Shown: piece after piece, positions 60,747-64,000 of the stretch
Numbering within the stretch: the stretch's first letter is position 1
Layout of the letters: each line of letters begins with the position of its first letter
Position numbers and translations under genes: made by a program
Origin: an uncultured Acidobacteriota bacterium
GTDB taxonomy: Bacteria > Acidobacteriota > UBA6911
Assembly (NCBI GenBank): GCA_963843575.1
Contig: CAWJKZ010000015.1
Span: 251,911 to 315,910 of the forward strand
Length of the DNA stretch: 64,000 bases
Direction: 5' to 3'
Notes under the pieces: model-generated
The model's database searches: none
Seen by the model: the letters and a program-made list of their open reading frames with translations, nothing else
What the model was told of the DNA's origin: nothing

Positions 60747-62027
60747 TCACGGGACATCCGCCGCCGGGCCCGGGTGTGGCGTCGCCCGTCCTTGAAACTC
60801 AGGGTGCGGGACCAGGGGGCCCATGGGGCCGAGGACGAGCGCCAGCGCGATGACCGGCAGGATGCCGTACCCGATAAACACCGGAAAATAGCCGAAGCGG
60901 TCAATCACGGCTCCGGACAGCCAGCTGAAGAGCATTCCGCCGAATCCCGCCCCCATGCTGGCCAGACCCCAGATCGAACCGACCATGTTCCTGGGGAAAA
61001 CGTCGGCCGGGAAGGCCAGACAATTGGCGTTGTAGCCGGCGTAGCCGAACGTCGCCACCGAAACCCATGCGAGAGCGATTCCGGCACTCCCAGAGAACAC
61101 GGCGGGGATGGCGGAGGTCATCAGGAGCGCGAAAACCGACACCGCGATCTTGCGGGCCTTCGGGACCGGCGTTCCGCGCCGGATGAGCCACTGGGTAAAG
61201 GCGCCTCCAAGGATGTTTCCCACGTCCGCCGACAGAAACGGTATCCACGCGGTCTTGCCGATCTGGGCGAGCGAGAAGCCGTGGACCGTACTGAGGTACT
61301 TCGGGATCCAGAAAATGTAGAAGTACCACACCGGGTCTGCGAAGATCTTGGACAGCGTGAGCACCGACACGAAGCGTGTGCGCAGCAGGTGCCAGGGCGT
61401 TGCCGGGCGCGCTTCGACTTCCTGACGCACGTCTTCCGGTGTCCGGTACACAAGCAACCAGCAGGCGAGCCAGGCATACCCCGAAGCTCCCACGACGACG
61501 AAGGCCGTGGGCCAGCCCCAGCTGAGCACGAGCCAGGCGACCAGGGGCGGCGCTGCGAGCGCCCCGATGGCCGCGCCGCTGTTGAAGATCCCCGATGCCA
61601 GCGCGCGCTCCTTCGGGAGGAACCACTCGCTCACCACCTTTACGGCCGCGGGCCAGTTCCCGGCTTCTCCGGCTCCGAGCAGGAAGCGGAGGATCCCCAG
61701 CGAAAAAGGGCCGGTGGCGAAGGCGTGCAGCATCCCGGCGGTCGACCACCACGCCATGCATACGGCGTACCCGACCCTGGTACCGATCCGGTCGATCACA
61801 GGCCCGGAAACGCCGTTCATGACCGTGTACGCCAGCATGAAGGCAGACAGGATCAACCCATAGGTTTCGTCGCTCATCTGAAACTGGCGTTTCAGCTCCG
61901 GCGCTATCACCGACAGGGTCTGCCGGTCGAGGTAGTTGACCACCGTCGCGAAAAACGCCAGCGAGATCACCAGCCAGCGGAATGGCGATGTTCTGTGCTG
62001 CCTTGCTTCGGGAGCAGCGGAGTCCAA
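60747..62027 (-). CDS. MFS transporter (ExuT/hexuronate, ACS family-like)
   Basis: RWLVI...VNYLDRQTLS, RFLLGAGEAGNWPAA...WF..ERALASGIFNSG, DPVWYFYIFWIPKYL; probable TTG start after GAGGA. Confidence 0.88.
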   Translation of the reverse strand: MDSAAPEARQHRTSPFRWLVISLAFFATVVNYLDRQTLSVIAPELKRQFQMSDETYGLILSAFMLAYTVMNGVSGPVIDRIGTRVGYAVCMAWWSTAGMLHAFATGPFSLGILRFLLGAGEAGNWPAAVKVVSEWFLPKERALASGIFNSGAAIGALAAPPLVAWLVLSWGWPTAFVVVGASGYAWLACWLLVYRTPEDVRQEVEARPATPWHLLRTRFVSVLTLSKIFADPVWYFYIFWIPKYLSTVHGFSLAQIGKTAWIPFLSADVGNILGGAFTQWLIRRGTPVPKARKIAVSVFALLMTSAIPAVFSGSAGIALAWVSVATFGYAGYNANCLAFPADVFPRNMVGSIWGLASMGAGFGGMLFSWLSGAVIDRFGYFPVFIGYGILPVIALALVLGPMGPLVPHPEFQGRATPHPGPAADVP

Positions 62028-62083
62028 CGCGGTCCTCGGGAACGTGTGTGACGGGAAGGGAACCAGGATCGCCGACCACAGGC

Positions 62084-62620
62084 TCAGGAGGCAATTCTCC
62101 GGACGACGGCCGCCATCTCCTGGAAGCGGCTCTCGTCGAAAAACCCTGCGTGCAGCCAGCGCACAACCCCGCGCCCGTCGATGAGCGCCAGGTAAGCCCA
62201 TTTGCCGTCGGAGACCGCCAGACGCTCCTTCCAGGGCCCGACGCCGCCGTAGACGGTGATCACATTTTCGTATAGCTCCTTCGGCGTTCCCTTGCGCATC
62301 CCCCGGTCGATGAACACGCGGCCGAGCCGGCCCAGGCCGCCGATCATCGGGACTTGGTAGAAAGTCGCATGCGGGTGTCCCGAAAACTGGGCGCGGAAAC
62401 GCTTCGACCACTCTTCGACGGCGAAGCGGGAATCGTAGCTGAAACCGAGCGCCACCATGGCGACGCGGCCTTTTGCGTCCGCGGGGAGCGTCGCCCTGCG
62501 CCCCGAGAGAAACTGGCCCGTCAGAGCGGGAAAGACGTCGCCGACCGCCAGGCGAGGGGAGGGCTGGGAGACAGCCAGCCACCCCACGAGAGCCGGCAAC
62601 ACCACCTGCACCCGAATCAT
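62084..62620 (-). CDS. Secreted thioredoxin-like fold protein (ATP10-like)
   Basis: Signal-like start; VGDVFPALTG, LPAD.KGRVAMVALGF, FIDRGMR, LALIDGRGVVRW. Confidence 0.6.
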   Translation of the reverse strand: MIRVQVVLPALVGWLAVSQPSPRLAVGDVFPALTGQFLSGRRATLPADAKGRVAMVALGFSYDSRFAVEEWSKRFRAQFSGHPHATFYQVPMIGGLGRLGRVFIDRGMRKGTPKELYENVITVYGGVGPWKERLAVSDGKWAYLALIDGRGVVRWLHAGFFDESRFQEMAAVVRRIAS

Positions 62621-62670
62621 TCCTGAGCCTCCACTTTCGCCAGGCTCGCGCACCCGGCAAGCCCGAAAGG

Positions 62671-63663
62671 TCACCTCAGAGACCCGAAAGGCCGTTCGAC
62701 TTCAAACTCCACCCGGCCGCCCTGCAGCCGAGCCAGCAGGGCGACGCTGCCGAAGGTGGCATGGTCCAGGGTGCCGAAGAAGCGGAATACGGGGGTGTTG
62801 AGGAACAGCACCGGATTCGAACCGGACGGCTGGTAATGCATGAATACCCGTCCCAGACCCCCCAAGCCGCGTGCGGCGACTTCCCTTTCGAAATCCTGTG
62901 CTATCTCCGCCCTGCTCAGGCGGCCGAACTCGTCCAGGGGTTTGCCGTTTGAGGCGACGCGGAACAGCACCAGTTCCCAGTCGGTGGCGCTGCGTGCCGC
63001 ACGCACGAGCAGCAGAGCGCCTGGAGCATGGGAACCTTGGCCGCCAACCTCAATCAGCCCCGCGGATGGGAACCGCCGTTCGAATGCGGACGCGCGAAAA
63101 GCGATCCCGGCTGCCTTTCCCCTTGTACTTGCGACCGGCACCCACTTGCCGTCCTGCTCCAGGATTTGGAACAAGACGGAATCCGTCGGGCCGGCAGCGA
63201 AACTGGCGACTACGGCGGCACCGGCGGGGCGGCGCCGGAGGTGGAAGCTGAATCCCTCTTTGACGACCCATCCCGGCTGGGTCTCGACCTTCGTCTCCAT
63301 GACCTCGACCGGAATCCCAGTCGCTCGACCGGCGGCAGCCTGGACTGCCGCGTGGTCATTGGAGAACTGCGCTGCGGCATCAGCCATTCCGCGGGGCGGA
63401 TACACCCGCCACCCGTTTGGGGTTTGGATGGCGATCCAAACGAAGACGATCCCGAGCCCGACCGACGATCCCGTCGCGATGAGGACTGGGACGAGGCGGC
63501 GAAGCAAGAGTGCGGTCGAGAGTCCGACCAGGGCCGCACCGGCAACCAGCAGTGGGGCTCCGATCAACCAACCCATTTCAAGCTCGCCCTTGACCCACCA
63601 TGCGAGAATCGTCGTGCACGCGACGATGTAGACGGCGACGCCGACAGTGCGATAGCGGTTCAC
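62671..63663 (-). CDS. Hypothetical protein with three N-terminal TM helices
   Basis: 330-aa ORF with hydrophobic N-terminal segments; no family recognised. Confidence 0.55.
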   Translation of the reverse strand: MNRYRTVGVAVYIVACTTILAWWVKGELEMGWLIGAPLLVAGAALVGLSTALLLRRLVPVLIATGSSVGLGIVFVWIAIQTPNGWRVYPPRGMADAAAQFSNDHAAVQAAAGRATGIPVEVMETKVETQPGWVVKEGFSFHLRRRPAGAAVVASFAAGPTDSVLFQILEQDGKWVPVASTRGKAAGIAFRASAFERRFPSAGLIEVGGQGSHAPGALLLVRAARSATDWELVLFRVASNGKPLDEFGRLSRAEIAQDFEREVAARGLGGLGRVFMHYQPSGSNPVLFLNTPVFRFFGTLDHATFGSVALLARLQGGRVEFEVERPFGSLR

Positions 63664-64000
63664 GCGACCATGCTGCCCCAGGACTTCAAGAAATGGAAGC
63701 CCCGTTCCGAGGTTTTTCTGCCAAGGGTTCGCGCAAGAATAAGTTCACATTTTGGCGCGAGCGCCCGGCGGGCAGGTGCAAGGCGCCGCGACGCAGGCGA
63801 TGTGGTGACATCGTCGAGGAGCGGCAACGGCGCAGATGCCCGCCCGCCGCCGCACCCAGGAAGGCTGACGGCTCCGTCAATCGCACCTATCTTTGGTAGC
63901 CGCATGATCTGTTGGCTCGGGAGCCGTCAGCAAAATGTGAAATCATTCTTGCGCGAGCCCTGAGCCCGAGGAGTGCAAATACCGGGAGACCCAGGAATCC

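Noticed and set aside
62028-62660. N-terminal extension of the MFS ORF (637 aa)
   Set aside because: The extension overlaps the thioredoxin-like gene in another frame; transporter homology starts near 62027.

Overview
High-GC (visually about 65-70%) bacterial window. The gene repertoire (VWFA-Acidobacterial-type proteins, Oar-like TonB-dependent receptors, CRTAC1/ASPIC-UnbV protein, wHTH-TM-TPR regulator, DUF1080, DUF5916) points to Acidobacteriota; this is inference. About 40 CDS are present, many broken by single-base frameshifts that look like long-read consensus errors. Main findings: (1) a ydaO/yuaA-type c-di-AMP riboswitch, with its own sigma70 promoter and terminator, precedes a sulfate-type ABC operon (sbp-cysT-cysW-OprO/P porin-cysA) whose CysA ATPase is fused to two universal stress protein (USP) domains, a candidate two-level c-di-AMP control of anion uptake; (2) a REP/REPIN family whose hairpin loop is repeatedly joined to a 19-bp IS-like end, including one complete 99-bp MITE; (3) a tandem TonB-dependent receptor pair whose upstream copy lacks signal peptide and plug; (4) two sigma54-type promoters with matching TGCA-N5-TGCA enhancer palindromes in front of Gly-rich secreted, DUF4405 and DUF2202 genes. 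No rRNA, tRNA, CRISPR array or transposase gene was recognised. All family assignments come from motif recognition by eye, not database searches.
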